Shown: positions 37,281 through 47,086 of the stretch, one piece after another
Layout: every line of letters starts with the position of its first letter
How positions within the stretch are numbered: position 1 is the stretch's first letter
Source of the DNA: a virus
DNA length: 64,000 nt
IMG/VR virus record: IMGVR_UViG_3300006841_000093
Span: 32,001 to 96,000 of that record
Strand: one strand, 5' to 3'
Made by a program: the position numbers and the translations under genes
The notes under the pieces: model-generated
Told to the model about the DNA's origin: nothing
Database searches by the model: none
The model's input: the letters and a program-made list of their open reading frames with translations, nothing else

Positions 37281-37489
37281 AAACATTTTCAAAGTATCTA
37301 GAAGAAAATTCCAAGTATATTGTTTCCAAGAACCCAAGCGACAAGAAATGGTATGTAATGGGTCATGTGGGAAGAAACAAATGGATGCCGGTTTCTAGTG
37401 GATTTAAAAACAAAGCCCAAGCTCAGAAGTGGGCAAAGAGTCAAGATAAGGTGGATGACGCGGCTCGCGGAGAAATAGGTGGTGTATAA
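37277..37489 (+). CDS. Small hypothetical protein with CTS-like leader
   Basis: Starts MKTFSKYLEE. Confidence 0.65.
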   Translation: MKTFSKYLEENSKYIVSKNPSDKKWYVMGHVGRNKWMPVSSGFKNKAQAQKWAKSQDKVDDAARGEIGGV

Positions 37490-37661
37490 GATGAAAAAAG
37501 TTATAATACCACATATAGACCACGGTGTTGATATTATTGGTGATGAATGGGAAGATGAAGAAGATGAATCTGAGATGTATGAACAACGAGAAGATCCAGA
37601 TCATCCATACTGTACAAATTGGCCAGTAAATAAAAAAAAGGAAAAACATGGAAACATTTAA
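37479..37661 (+). CDS. Small acidic hypothetical protein
   Basis: Packed operon. Confidence 0.45.
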   Translation: MVYKMKKVIIPHIDHGVDIIGDEWEDEEDESEMYEQREDPDHPYCTNWPVNKKKEKHGNI

Positions 37662-37926
37662 AGAATTTTTTGGTAAAAAGGCTGTAATCGATAAAGATCA
37701 AGAAGAATTAGAAAAACTTGGTTTGAAAGCTGCTGGTAGAGGTGGTTGGTCTAAAAAAGAACAAGATCGATATAATGATCTTTGGATGAAGATGCACAAA
37801 AAGGGTCAAACTCCATTAATGACACCACCAAGTGTATATGATGATGATTCGTGGGGAACTAAAACTACAAAACTTCATAAGAAGTTAAGATTAACTAAAA
37901 AAGATCATTCAAGTGTATTAGCATGA
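37648..37926 (+). CDS. Small hypothetical protein with CTS-like leader
   Basis: Starts METFKEFFGK. Confidence 0.6.
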   Translation: METFKEFFGKKAVIDKDQEELEKLGLKAAGRGGWSKKEQDRYNDLWMKMHKKGQTPLMTPPSVYDDDSWGTKTTKLHKKLRLTKKDHSSVLA

Positions 37927-38951
37927 GTACAGCTGTATTTGCTTTTGGGAGATTTAATCCTCCTACTATCGGACATGAAAAGTTGATAAACGCAGTAATT
38001 GCTACTAATCAACGTGAGGGTGGAACTGCCTACATTTATGGAAGTCATTCACAAGATAGTAGAAAAAATCCCCTTTCACATTCAGAAAAAATGGGATATT
38101 TACAAAAAATGTTCCCACGAATTAAAAAGTCGATACAAACTAAAGCAAAAGAACGAAATGTACTACAAATCGCACATACATTAAATGAAAAATATGATAA
38201 ATTAATATTAGTAGTGGGTAGTGATAGAGTCGATGACTTTACCTCTTTACTAAATAGTTACAATGGGATAAAGTCTAAACATGGATTTTATGAATATAAA
38301 GAAATAAAAGTATATAGTGCAGGTGAAAGAGACCCAGATGCAGATGGTGCTTCTGGAATGTCAGCATCTAAGATGAGATCAGCCGCAACAAAGGGTGATT
38401 TTGAGTCGTTTATATCAGGCGCATCAAGTGAATTAACTATAAAAGAAAAGAGAAATCTAATGAATGATGTACGAAAAGGATTGAAATTAGATTCATTACG
38501 TGAAGCAATGAAACGCCGAAGAGGTTATGAGAAACCTGTTATAGTTGAACATAAAGATAATATTGAAACAAAAGAACTATCTTGGCAAGGTTATGATACT
38601 GTAAATTTATCTACTTGTGTAGAGGCGTTTGAATTATTTGATGAAATAGTTAATAGTGTCGGTGATGGAACGTTTACTGCCCCAGAAAAGGGGTATCTTA
38701 AAGAAGCACTAATGTTGACAGATAAATGTCTTTGTATTTCACAAGTACCAGAAGAAGAAATAACAGAAGAAGATGAAGTGAATTACATAAAAAGTTCAGA
38801 GAAAGCAATAAAACTTTTGGAGACTGTTAAAAAACGAACAGGCATACCATTTGAATATTCGTTTTTGAATGATCTTCAAGTAAAAGTTGCACCTAATGCA
38901 CAACCACGAAAAACATTTACACAATTTTCAGGAGAAATGTATGGCCTCTGA
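37923..38951 (+). CDS. HIGH-superfamily nucleotidyltransferase (cytidylyl/NMN adenylyltransferase-like) with C-terminal extension
   Basis: FGRFNPPTIGHEKL, VVGSDR, SAGERD and SASKMR. Confidence 0.75.
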   Translation: MSTAVFAFGRFNPPTIGHEKLINAVIATNQREGGTAYIYGSHSQDSRKNPLSHSEKMGYLQKMFPRIKKSIQTKAKERNVLQIAHTLNEKYDKLILVVGSDRVDDFTSLLNSYNGIKSKHGFYEYKEIKVYSAGERDPDADGASGMSASKMRSAATKGDFESFISGASSELTIKEKRNLMNDVRKGLKLDSLREAMKRRRGYEKPVIVEHKDNIETKELSWQGYDTVNLSTCVEAFELFDEIVNSVGDGTFTAPEKGYLKEALMLTDKCLCISQVPEEEITEEDEVNYIKSSEKAIKLLETVKKRTGIPFEYSFLNDLQVKVAPNAQPRKTFTQFSGEMYGL

Positions 38952-40077
38952 TAGCCTATTAACAGTAATTCAAGGACTAGTCAAGAGAGATGGTCGAATT
39001 GCAAAAGAAGACGCCAAGAAAGCTAAAGAAGCAGTAAAGGCGCAAAAAGAACAAGAAGATGAAGAAGATGAGGATGAAGAACCAGTAGGAGAACCTGCTG
39101 ATAATCAACCGCCTGCAGATGAGCCACCACCTGAAGAGGGTGAAGATGAAGAAGGTGAAGAAGAGGACGAAGAAGAGGGTGATTATGATAATAAAGTTTC
39201 TGGACCCGATCCTGCATTAGTTCAACAAGTTTCCCAAATAGTTATGCAACAAATACAAGATATGTTGCAGGCAGCAGACGATGCTCAAAAAGATAGAACA
39301 AAAGACGATATTAAACTTTCTGGTAAGAAAGAAAAAATAGATACTAAACCCAAAATGGAACAAATAGTAACAAGGAGAGAAAGAATGAATTTCCAAGAAG
39401 CAATCCGTTTGGCCGTCACGGACACACATCTAGAAGAAGGTTATGAATCTGTTGTCCTTGATATTCTAGAAGATGAAGGTATAGATGGCCCTTTAGGTTA
39501 TGAACCATTTTTTGAAAAAGGTAAATTATATGTAGAAAAAGGTTCAGAAAAGAAAGCCGCAAAGGTACTTAAAAACTCTAAAGATATTCGAAAAGTTCCT
39601 AAAATTGTAGGAGAAGAATTATCAGAAGAAGAGTATCTTCAAATGGAATCAGTAGCCGTTGATGGTAGACTAAAAGGATTTAGAGAAGCCCTTAAACGTT
39701 TAACTTATGAAAAAATTAAAGCAATGAAGGCTAAAGAAGAAGTCAAAAAAGAACATTTGAATGCAGGTCTTGGAAAAGAAGGTGTTGAAAAAGATACTAA
39801 AGGTGATGGAGATGAATATCAAAAGTTCTTCAAAGCAGCACTCAAGAAGTTTGGGGTAGATGAGCCTGATCAACTAGAAGGTGATAAGAAAAAAGAATTC
39901 TTTGATTATGTTGATAAAAATTGGAAGGCCGATAATGAAAAGCCTGAGCCAGAAGATAAAAAAGAAGAAGTTGATATCGAAGAAATGAGAAATATTCTTC
40001 AAAATATGGATATTGATCAACTAACTGATGATATCATTGAGAAAGCCACAAAACTTGTCCAAAAGGCAAAAAAATGA
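38941..40077 (+). CDS. Acidic modular protein, possibly prohead-core related
   Basis: ATG at 38941; D/E/P-rich linker; YQKFFKAALKKFGV...KKKEFFDYVDKNW module. Confidence 0.55.
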   Translation: MASDSLLTVIQGLVKRDGRIAKEDAKKAKEAVKAQKEQEDEEDEDEEPVGEPADNQPPADEPPPEEGEDEEGEEEDEEEGDYDNKVSGPDPALVQQVSQIVMQQIQDMLQAADDAQKDRTKDDIKLSGKKEKIDTKPKMEQIVTRRERMNFQEAIRLAVTDTHLEEGYESVVLDILEDEGIDGPLGYEPFFEKGKLYVEKGSEKKAAKVLKNSKDIRKVPKIVGEELSEEEYLQMESVAVDGRLKGFREALKRLTYEKIKAMKAKEEVKKEHLNAGLGKEGVEKDTKGDGDEYQKFFKAALKKFGVDEPDQLEGDKKKEFFDYVDKNWKADNEKPEPEDKKEEVDIEEMRNILQNMDIDQLTDDIIEKATKLVQKAKK

Positions 40078-41285
40078 AGAGATTTGGAGAGTACATCTCA
40101 AACCAAGATGAAAAAGTAGCTCCATCAATAGAAAAGACAGTAGAAAAGAAATCTATTGATGAAGCTGCTTCTCTTGGAGATTTATTAATTGGTTTAGCTG
40201 CTGCGGGTGGAGCCGCGGGTTTTAAAGCTGCTTGGAATAAATGGGCTCCAACTAAGGGAGCAAGGGCAAAGAGAAAAGAAAAAGCCGATGATAAAGAGGA
40301 ACGAAGACAAGAAAAAATTGCAAAGGCAAAGAAGAAGGGGAACGAAAAGAAGTTAAAAAAATTAATGTCTCCTGATGAATATAAGAAATATGGTGATGAA
40401 AAAACACAAAAGAAAAAAGATGATCAAAAAGCCAAGTTAGATAAAAAGGGTGAAAAAGAAAGAGGTGGAATTGAAGATCCTAAAGATGCTGAAGCATATT
40501 TCAAAAAACATGGTGAGGCGCCAAGAGGATGGAGAAACGCCGCTGCAGATGGTGAAGCTCCAGAGTTGATGACAAGAGCCGATTATGCAAAAGAATTAAA
40601 ACGGCGAAGGAAAATTAACACAAAACAAGAACCAGACAAGAAACCTGAACCAAAAGATAATACTAATGATTCATTTAAACCGGAGGGGGATATGGCTCTA
40701 AAAGAAAGTCCAGAACTTCAAGCAATTATGTCTTTAGATGATGAAGGAATAAAAGCCGATATCAATCGTAAAGGTCAAGTGGTTGTTAAGAAAAAAGATT
40801 TAAAGAAAGCCGAAAAGAAACTGAAAAAAGAATTTGGTGGTAAATTCAAATCATTATTACCAAAACTTGTAGGTGAAGAAGTTCTAGAAGATGGAACTGA
40901 TGCAATGATAAATCAATATAAAAAAGATACTCCAGGACAGAGAACTGCATGGGAAGTAGTATCTAAAGCTCGTGCAAAAATAATTGAAGCGGTTGACGCC
41001 GAGGCAGCAAGAGAATTATACTTATTCATGCAAAATGAAAGATCTTTAATGAGACAAAAAGACTCTATCATTAAGAATATTTCAAATAAAATGAAGAGTG
41101 GTAAATATGATCATAAACAAGCACCTAAACTATGGATGTATTGGGTAGATAATGGCGCAAAAGAATATGATAAATTGTACAGCTCTCCAGGCGTGAAAAC
41201 TTTTGATAAAGATACAAAGATGTCGGTGGCTATTCAGCTAGGTGATGAATATAAAGCCGAAATCGAATTAGGAAATTACAGTTAA
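40074..41285 (+). CDS. Modular K/E-rich protein with CTS-like leader
   Basis: Starts MKRFGEYI; modules bounded by xxE sites. Confidence 0.55.
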   Translation: MKRFGEYISNQDEKVAPSIEKTVEKKSIDEAASLGDLLIGLAAAGGAAGFKAAWNKWAPTKGARAKRKEKADDKEERRQEKIAKAKKKGNEKKLKKLMSPDEYKKYGDEKTQKKKDDQKAKLDKKGEKERGGIEDPKDAEAYFKKHGEAPRGWRNAAADGEAPELMTRADYAKELKRRRKINTKQEPDKKPEPKDNTNDSFKPEGDMALKESPELQAIMSLDDEGIKADINRKGQVVVKKKDLKKAEKKLKKEFGGKFKSLLPKLVGEEVLEDGTDAMINQYKKDTPGQRTAWEVVSKARAKIIEAVDAEAARELYLFMQNERSLMRQKDSIIKNISNKMKSGKYDHKQAPKLWMYWVDNGAKEYDKLYSSPGVKTFDKDTKMSVAIQLGDEYKAEIELGNYS

Positions 41286-41293
41286 GGAATCTA

Positions 41294-41548
41294 ATGGAAA
41301 AAAATGATAATTACTTTGATAATAAATCAGAGGCCGAGAAGTTAAGAAATGTTGCATCTATGGTCAATGATATTGTAAATACTAAACCTGATGATTCACT
41401 TGAAGTAAAAGAGTCAGATACCGAAACTAAAGAAGAATTGCCTGAAGTAGATCCTGTAGTAGATTTAGTAGGTAAAGCAATATCTACACATAATCCAAAT
41501 AGAGGAGCATTCTTTCAAGGGGTACAAAAACAAGGAACAACGAAATGA
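41294..41548 (+). CDS. Hypothetical protein
   Basis: RBS AAGGA. Confidence 0.55.
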   Translation: MEKNDNYFDNKSEAEKLRNVASMVNDIVNTKPDDSLEVKESDTETKEELPEVDPVVDLVGKAISTHNPNRGAFFQGVQKQGTTK

Positions 41549-41727
41549 CACAGTATAATTATGAATTAGATCTCGTTAATGAGCGTCTAAAACAGATTGA
41601 TGACATCATGGAAAAGTTTTCGGGGTTTCCTGAAGTTAAACAAAAATTACAAGGTGCGAGAGACGCATTAGTAGAAAGCGAAGAAGAAATTATGACATAT
41701 TATGATCTTACAAGTTTAGAGAAGTAA
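41545..41727 (+). CDS. Hypothetical helical protein
   Basis: ATGA overlap with the previous gene. Confidence 0.55.
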   Translation: MTQYNYELDLVNERLKQIDDIMEKFSGFPEVKQKLQGARDALVESEEEIMTYYDLTSLEK

Positions 41728-41733
41728 ATAAGT

Positions 41734-41741
41734 CATAAATA
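41734..41741 (+). promoter_or_regulatory. Late promoter variant
   Basis: CATAAATA upstream of a structural-like gene. Confidence 0.5.
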
Positions 41742-41775
41742 TTATAATAACAACTCAATTTAATAGGAGAAAAAC

Positions 41776-42399
41776 ATGCCTTTATGGGGAACAGCTCATG
41801 CATCGGCAACAAACAAACCCAAGTTTTTGCCAACTGATGAGGATTCAGATTATGCCAGAGCAGACAGCTATGCAACACAAGCTGGATGGGTAATGCAACC
41901 AGGACACGTTTCATCTGGAAATGACAATACAGCTGCAGATCCGGAAGTTTTAGTTGCAAGTGGTGGTCTTGCAGGAGCAGACGCGACTAGTGGTCTTAGA
42001 GCACCAACTATTACATCAATGAGATTTGTCAAAGGAACAACTGCTACTACAGATTTAACTGCCGCTGATTCAACAGCAAGAGTTCGTGTTGAAATCACAT
42101 GGGATGAGGAAGTAACTGTTGCAGGTACACCACAAGTTGTAGTTGCTAATAGTAACGCCTCAGGTGGTGGATTTGGTAACTATACACTTAGTTATATTGC
42201 ATCTGGTTCAACTGCAAATAGAAAACTATTTGAAGCAACAAGTCAAAGTTTGGGTAATACTGATGTTCTGACATTAGGTGGATCAAACATTACACTTAAT
42301 GGTGGAACAATTTCTGATACAGTAGTAGGTGGAACAACTCTTGCTGCATCATTAGTACTTTCCGGTCTTTCAGCAGTTGCAGTAACAATTGCATCATAA
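41776..42399 (+). CDS. Putative virion structural protein (Ig-like, A/G/S/T-rich)
   Basis: MPLWG...KPKFL start, WDEEVTVAGTP Ig-like strand, late promoter and AGGAG RBS. Confidence 0.6.
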   Translation: MPLWGTAHASATNKPKFLPTDEDSDYARADSYATQAGWVMQPGHVSSGNDNTAADPEVLVASGGLAGADATSGLRAPTITSMRFVKGTTATTDLTAADSTARVRVEITWDEEVTVAGTPQVVVANSNASGGGFGNYTLSYIASGSTANRKLFEATSQSLGNTDVLTLGGSNITLNGGTISDTVVGGTTLAASLVLSGLSAVAVTIAS

Positions 42400-42405
42400 T
42401 AATTA

Positions 42406-42666
42406 ATGTTTGGAGTTAAAATGGCAAAAAGTTTATTAAAGAAGGCTAAGAAAGCCTCTAAAAGTGTGAAGAAGGAAGTTAAAAAGGAAGTACACAAACT
42501 TACTAATAAGCCCTCTTCTGCCAGAGATCATATAGAATCCCTTTCAAAACAACGCAGAGATGCGGCAGTTATATGGGGGATGATTCAAAATGGAAACCAT
42601 AGTGATTCAGAGATCAAAAAAATGGTTGAAGAAAAAGGTTTTCATACACTATTAGGTGAATTGTAG
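42406..42666 (+). CDS. Basic hypothetical protein
   Basis: Lys-rich N-terminus. Confidence 0.55.
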   Translation: MFGVKMAKSLLKKAKKASKSVKKEVKKEVHKLTNKPSSARDHIESLSKQRRDAAVIWGMIQNGNHSDSEIKKMVEEKGFHTLLGEL

Positions 42667-42781
42667 TCTAATAGTTTTTTTACAGAGTTACGTCTAGAGC
42701 ATTCCCTTCCGCAAGAATGTGGAGCTCTAGCGTAATGTCTTTAACGGTGGCGAGTCCCGTCACATAGCCGTAGGAGAAAAA

Positions 42782-43225
42782 ATGGCTGATAAGAAAATTA
42801 CCGCACTTAATGCTTCAACCGCATTAAGTACTGATGATCTTTTACACGTAGTTGATGATCCAAGTGGATCACCTACTAACAAGAAGATCACCGCCGCGAA
42901 TGTGTTCAACAAGATCCCAACATGGATCGCATTTGCTGGAACACCTCAAGCACTTTCCGGTGCTGGAGCCGCAAATCTCACCACAGCAATTACTAACTGT
43001 ACCTCTACTGGTGCAGCACAAGTAGTTAGCCTTGCTGACTCAACACAAGCAGGTCAAGTTAAAATCATCACACATACTGTTGATGGTGGAGATGTGAGAG
43101 TTACACCAACTACTTTAGATGGTGGAACTTATGCAACTCTTGATGCTGTTGGTGATACTGTTGTTCTACTTTGGAACGATAGTGCATGGCAGATTATCGG
43201 TGGAAATGGTTACGCAGTAACTTAA
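42782..43225 (+). CDS. Putative virion structural or fiber protein
   Basis: MADKKITAL...DDLLHVVDD...NKKIT motif typical of phage fiber N-termini; beta-rich C-terminus. Confidence 0.6.
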   Translation: MADKKITALNASTALSTDDLLHVVDDPSGSPTNKKITAANVFNKIPTWIAFAGTPQALSGAGAANLTTAITNCTSTGAAQVVSLADSTQAGQVKIITHTVDGGDVRVTPTTLDGGTYATLDAVGDTVVLLWNDSAWQIIGGNGYAVT

Positions 43226-43244
43226 TCCATAGTTTTTTAATGTG

Positions 43245-43271
43245 GAGTAGGTCGAAAGACCTACTCTTTTT
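43245..43271 (+). terminator. Rho-independent terminator
   Basis: GAGTAGGTC-GAAA-GACCTACTC followed by T5. Confidence 0.85.
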
Positions 43272-43286
43272 GATGATAGGTTTATT

Positions 43287-43544
43287 ATGGCAAAAGAAAT
43301 GACAATTAGTATTACAGAATTAAAAGCAGAAAAAGCAAAACTTGAAGGAGATCGTGCAGTTCTAGGTGAAAGAGTTGTAGCACTTAATGCAGAACGAGAT
43401 AAATCTCAACAACAATTAATAATGATTGCAGGAGCAATTCAAGCAATCAATCAACTTATTGAGAGACATGATCCAGAAGTAGTCGAGCTTGGTAGTGATT
43501 TATCAGATGAAAACCACGGACCTGGCCCCGATGAAGAAAAATGA
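43287..43544 (+). CDS. Coiled-coil hypothetical protein
   Basis: Heptad pattern. Confidence 0.6.
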   Translation: MAKEMTISITELKAEKAKLEGDRAVLGERVVALNAERDKSQQQLIMIAGAIQAINQLIERHDPEVVELGSDLSDENHGPGPDEEK

Positions 43545-43939
43545 TATTTGATGATCTAAATGATGATAATTTCCTCATGTATGCCATGAAGGAATATAAT
43601 GATGTACAATGTACAGATATTGAAGAATTTTATGATGACTTAAAGAAAATTAAGTATATCAAGAGACTCTTTAATATTTACAAAAATAATGGTCAATTAA
43701 AGGAACGATTAATTCTTAATCACCTTATAGTATTTTACAATGTTTTTTCAGTACAGGCAGGCACACGAATATTGTTTTATAAGATTGAAAAAGACTTTTG
43801 GCCAATGTTAAAAACATTCTTAATTTTCTTGGATCGAATGCCTGAAAAGATAGATTCGATTAGGGGTGAAACAATACTAACATCCAATATTAAACTGGAC
43901 GATGGTATTGTTACTCGATTAAGATCAATAAAGGTTTAA
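43541..43939 (+). CDS. Conserved T4-like phage hypothetical protein
   Basis: FLMYAMKEY...EEFYDDLKKIKYIKRLF...LKERLILNHLI. Confidence 0.75.
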   Translation: MIFDDLNDDNFLMYAMKEYNDVQCTDIEEFYDDLKKIKYIKRLFNIYKNNGQLKERLILNHLIVFYNVFSVQAGTRILFYKIEKDFWPMLKTFLIFLDRMPEKIDSIRGETILTSNIKLDDGIVTRLRSIKV

Positions 43940-46681
43940 ATGGGCGTAATCACTGGAGCAGCAAATTTATATTTTATCTATAAATTTATAAGGATTCTTA
44001 CTACTCCTTTTAATAAGACTGATGCGTTTAAATTGGGAATTGTAGATGAAAATGGTAAAATTCTCAAGAAAAAGGCAAAATTAAAAACTGATGAAGAAAA
44101 AGATGCCTATACCATGATGCATCGATTGGTATGGAAACTAAAACGATTAATGGAGAAAATTCCATTTGGTAAATCACGTTTAGCATCTTACGCCGCCGCT
44201 CTTTGGTTGATTAAAGAAAACAAAGAAGATAATATTTCAGAAGAAGAATTACAAGAATCATTTTTGTCCTTCTTAGAAACTGATTGGGAAAATGATGCAC
44301 TCATTCTCAAAGAAAACTACGAAGGTGATTTAGATAAAAAAACATTTGAAGATTTAAAAGAAGGTCATAAGAAGGTAAAATTACCACCACACCTCGCAAA
44401 ATTCTTTGACAAAAAAGGTAATCTAAAAAAGGATGCAGCAGATCGTGTCCAAAAAGGTAGAGCACAAAGAGGTGTAAAAATAACAGATAGAACTCCCGAT
44501 TGGATGTTTGAAATAGCACCGCCTGGTTGGGAAGGTACTGTTAAAGCAATGAAAAAGAAAAAAGGAATAGATAATCCTTATGCACTCGCATGGCATATGC
44601 ATAATAAAGGAATGAAACCACACATACCAGAAGAATTGGGAGGAATAATGGGTCAAGCTTTTCAAACCTATCTTGATGAAAAACGAAAATCTTTAAAAAA
44701 TACAAAAGATGTTGGAATGGAATGTCAAGAATGTGGTAAAAAATTTAGAGCCAAATTATCTACATTAGAATATGGTAAAACTAAATGTCCAAAATGTAAG
44801 AGTACAGATCTAGATTTTCAATTTGGTGAGCAAGTAGTAGAGGGGTGGAAAATAGTAGAACATAAGGGTACTAAACCCCATAAACATCCACATGAAGATG
44901 ATGAAGAAATGGATGAAAAGAAAATAATGAAATTAAAAATTAAACCAAAGAAGATTAAAAAGATGAAGGACTTGAGACTTTATGCCCCCTCTAAGAAGAA
45001 AAGTAGTTCACCTTCTTCATCTCCCCACACTCCAGCGTATGGTATATCAAGAAAAGGTGGATTTGGTGCTGGTAAAGGATATGGCACAACTTTCTCAGGA
45101 AAAACACGTTCACCTATTATGTTTGGTGAAGAAGAAATTAATGAAAAGGAAGTAGCAGTACAACCAACAGTAGATAATCTTAAACAGATTGTAAAGGACA
45201 AACAGAATGCAGTGTTCATGTTTAAGGATGGTAAAGCAAGAGTTGATCTTTTCTCTGCATCTGCTTTAATGGGAGTATATAATGCATTAAAACCCGCCAC
45301 AAGAAAGAAGTTTGAAACAATGATTAAGACCAAAGGTGGTTTTATGAAATCGGCAGAATTTGCATTCAAGATGGCGAAAGAAGAAGTAGATCCTCACGCA
45401 AAAGTAATGGCGAAAAAAGGAGATAGTCCAGAAAAGATTAAAGACATGCATCCAGAAATTACGGATGATGAACTAGAAAAACTGTTTAAAGAGGAATTTA
45501 ATATTAAACCTGAAATACCAAAATTTAGTCAATTCTTAAAAGAAGGACGACCATCATTAGATCCCGATTATGTACCTTCGGCCACTTTAACTGATAAAAT
45601 GAGAGCAAAGCTATTATCTACACAGAAAAAGCTTTATTCATCAAAAGACATCGAATCAATGGCCCGGAAGTATAAACAAAAACTTGTCGGAGATCCTGTT
45701 GGTGGAAAATCATGGGGAGGAGATTGGGAAATCGTATTAAGAAATGGTGTAAGTTTATCGTATGAATACGGTCCAAATTCTACTTATATTAAAGGGTGGA
45801 AGTTTGATAGAAAAGCAATACAGAAGTATATTGGTAAATATGCAAATGAGCATGAAACTCCAAGAGACTATGCACCAATGGGAGGAAAAGTTCTAGTCGG
45901 TGGTCTTGAAGCGGCTTTTGAAGTAATTTCTGAGGCAGCAGGGTTTCATAATTATCCAAAAAGAAATAAAGTGGGTGATGAAATAGAAAAACTTGCAAGT
46001 AAAGGTGGAGCGGAAGCAGATAAACTTTTCGTAATAGCTACTGCATTACAGAAAGGTAGAATTCCAAATAAATTTATTAAAGAACTTAGCCCTAAGAGGA
46101 AAAAAGAAGTTCATGCTATTATGAAAGATTTTAAATGGAAAATATTACCAGAAGAAGATGAACTTAATGAACGGAAATATAACTGGGCCGTTATTGATAC
46201 CGCAGATAAAAATAGAGTTCAAGCACTCACAAGTGATGAGAAAGGAGCCCGTGATTCTGTCAAATCTTCTACTATTTCAAAACATGATTATCATTATGGG
46301 AAAGATCCTAAAACTCTGAAGGTTGTTAAACTTAAAAAGGCACATAAAGATAATGATATTGGAGATCCATTAAAAGAAGAAGCACCCGCAAATAGTGTAG
46401 CAGGTGGAAACGTTAATTTAGATCCCTTTAAGAAGAAAAGGAAAAACGCAAAAGTAGAAACAGAATCTTTTGCAGGACAAAAGGTATTCGTAGTTACTCC
46501 AGATGTATATTATCAATCACGATTGGGAAAATCTAGATATTTGAGATATGAAAAATTCGTTGGAAACGATAAATTAGGAGAAGCAATCCGTCAATACGGA
46601 AGAGAAAATCCTAAAGCAGCAATTATTTTAAAGAATTCAGTAAACGGAGCTATGTTATATTTAAAATATGGAAAGAAATAG
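43940..46681 (+). CDS. 913-aa mosaic multi-module protein
   Basis: Conserved N- and C-terminal modules, a Zn ribbon CQECG..CPKC, a GIDNPYALAW module and many (L/I/F)xE junctions. Confidence 0.65.
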   Translation: MGVITGAANLYFIYKFIRILTTPFNKTDAFKLGIVDENGKILKKKAKLKTDEEKDAYTMMHRLVWKLKRLMEKIPFGKSRLASYAAALWLIKENKEDNISEEELQESFLSFLETDWENDALILKENYEGDLDKKTFEDLKEGHKKVKLPPHLAKFFDKKGNLKKDAADRVQKGRAQRGVKITDRTPDWMFEIAPPGWEGTVKAMKKKKGIDNPYALAWHMHNKGMKPHIPEELGGIMGQAFQTYLDEKRKSLKNTKDVGMECQECGKKFRAKLSTLEYGKTKCPKCKSTDLDFQFGEQVVEGWKIVEHKGTKPHKHPHEDDEEMDEKKIMKLKIKPKKIKKMKDLRLYAPSKKKSSSPSSSPHTPAYGISRKGGFGAGKGYGTTFSGKTRSPIMFGEEEINEKEVAVQPTVDNLKQIVKDKQNAVFMFKDGKARVDLFSASALMGVYNALKPATRKKFETMIKTKGGFMKSAEFAFKMAKEEVDPHAKVMAKKGDSPEKIKDMHPEITDDELEKLFKEEFNIKPEIPKFSQFLKEGRPSLDPDYVPSATLTDKMRAKLLSTQKKLYSSKDIESMARKYKQKLVGDPVGGKSWGGDWEIVLRNGVSLSYEYGPNSTYIKGWKFDRKAIQKYIGKYANEHETPRDYAPMGGKVLVGGLEAAFEVISEAAGFHNYPKRNKVGDEIEKLASKGGAEADKLFVIATALQKGRIPNKFIKELSPKRKKEVHAIMKDFKWKILPEEDELNERKYNWAVIDTADKNRVQALTSDEKGARDSVKSSTISKHDYHYGKDPKTLKVVKLKKAHKDNDIGDPLKEEAPANSVAGGNVNLDPFKKKRKNAKVETESFAGQKVFVVTPDVYYQSRLGKSRYLRYEKFVGNDKLGEAIRQYGRENPKAAIILKNSVNGAMLYLKYGKK

Positions 46682-46691
46682 GAAATAAAAT

Positions 46692-47075
46692 ATGGCAGAA
46701 GGGAAGGAGCTCCAAGATGTTAAGCTCGAAGTCGGTCTGTTAAAAAATGAGGTCGAAGCCAGAGGAAAACAAACAGAGGTTCTTCTTTCTAAACTTGATC
46801 TCACCACAGACAAACTTCAACAGCTTACAGTACAAATAATAAAGTTAAATACTCGACAGGAAGATCATCTCAAACATGATACTACTGTGCGTGATGAACT
46901 AAAAATTCTTCATACAAGAATTGGTGATCTTCATGATAAGCAATTATCTGCACAGAAAGAAATAGAACACAGACTTGATCGTTTAGATCAATATAAATCA
47001 AAACTTATGGGTATGATTGTTGTAGTGGGAGGTGCACTTGGTGTAACTGTTACACTTGCACTACATTTTCTATAA
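46692..47075 (+). CDS. Coiled-coil protein with C-terminal TM helix
   Basis: Heptads followed by MIVVVGGALGVTVTLALHFL. Confidence 0.65.
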   Translation: MAEGKELQDVKLEVGLLKNEVEARGKQTEVLLSKLDLTTDKLQQLTVQIIKLNTRQEDHLKHDTTVRDELKILHTRIGDLHDKQLSAQKEIEHRLDRLDQYKSKLMGMIVVVGGALGVTVTLALHFL

Positions 47076-47086
47076 AGAAAGGTAAT

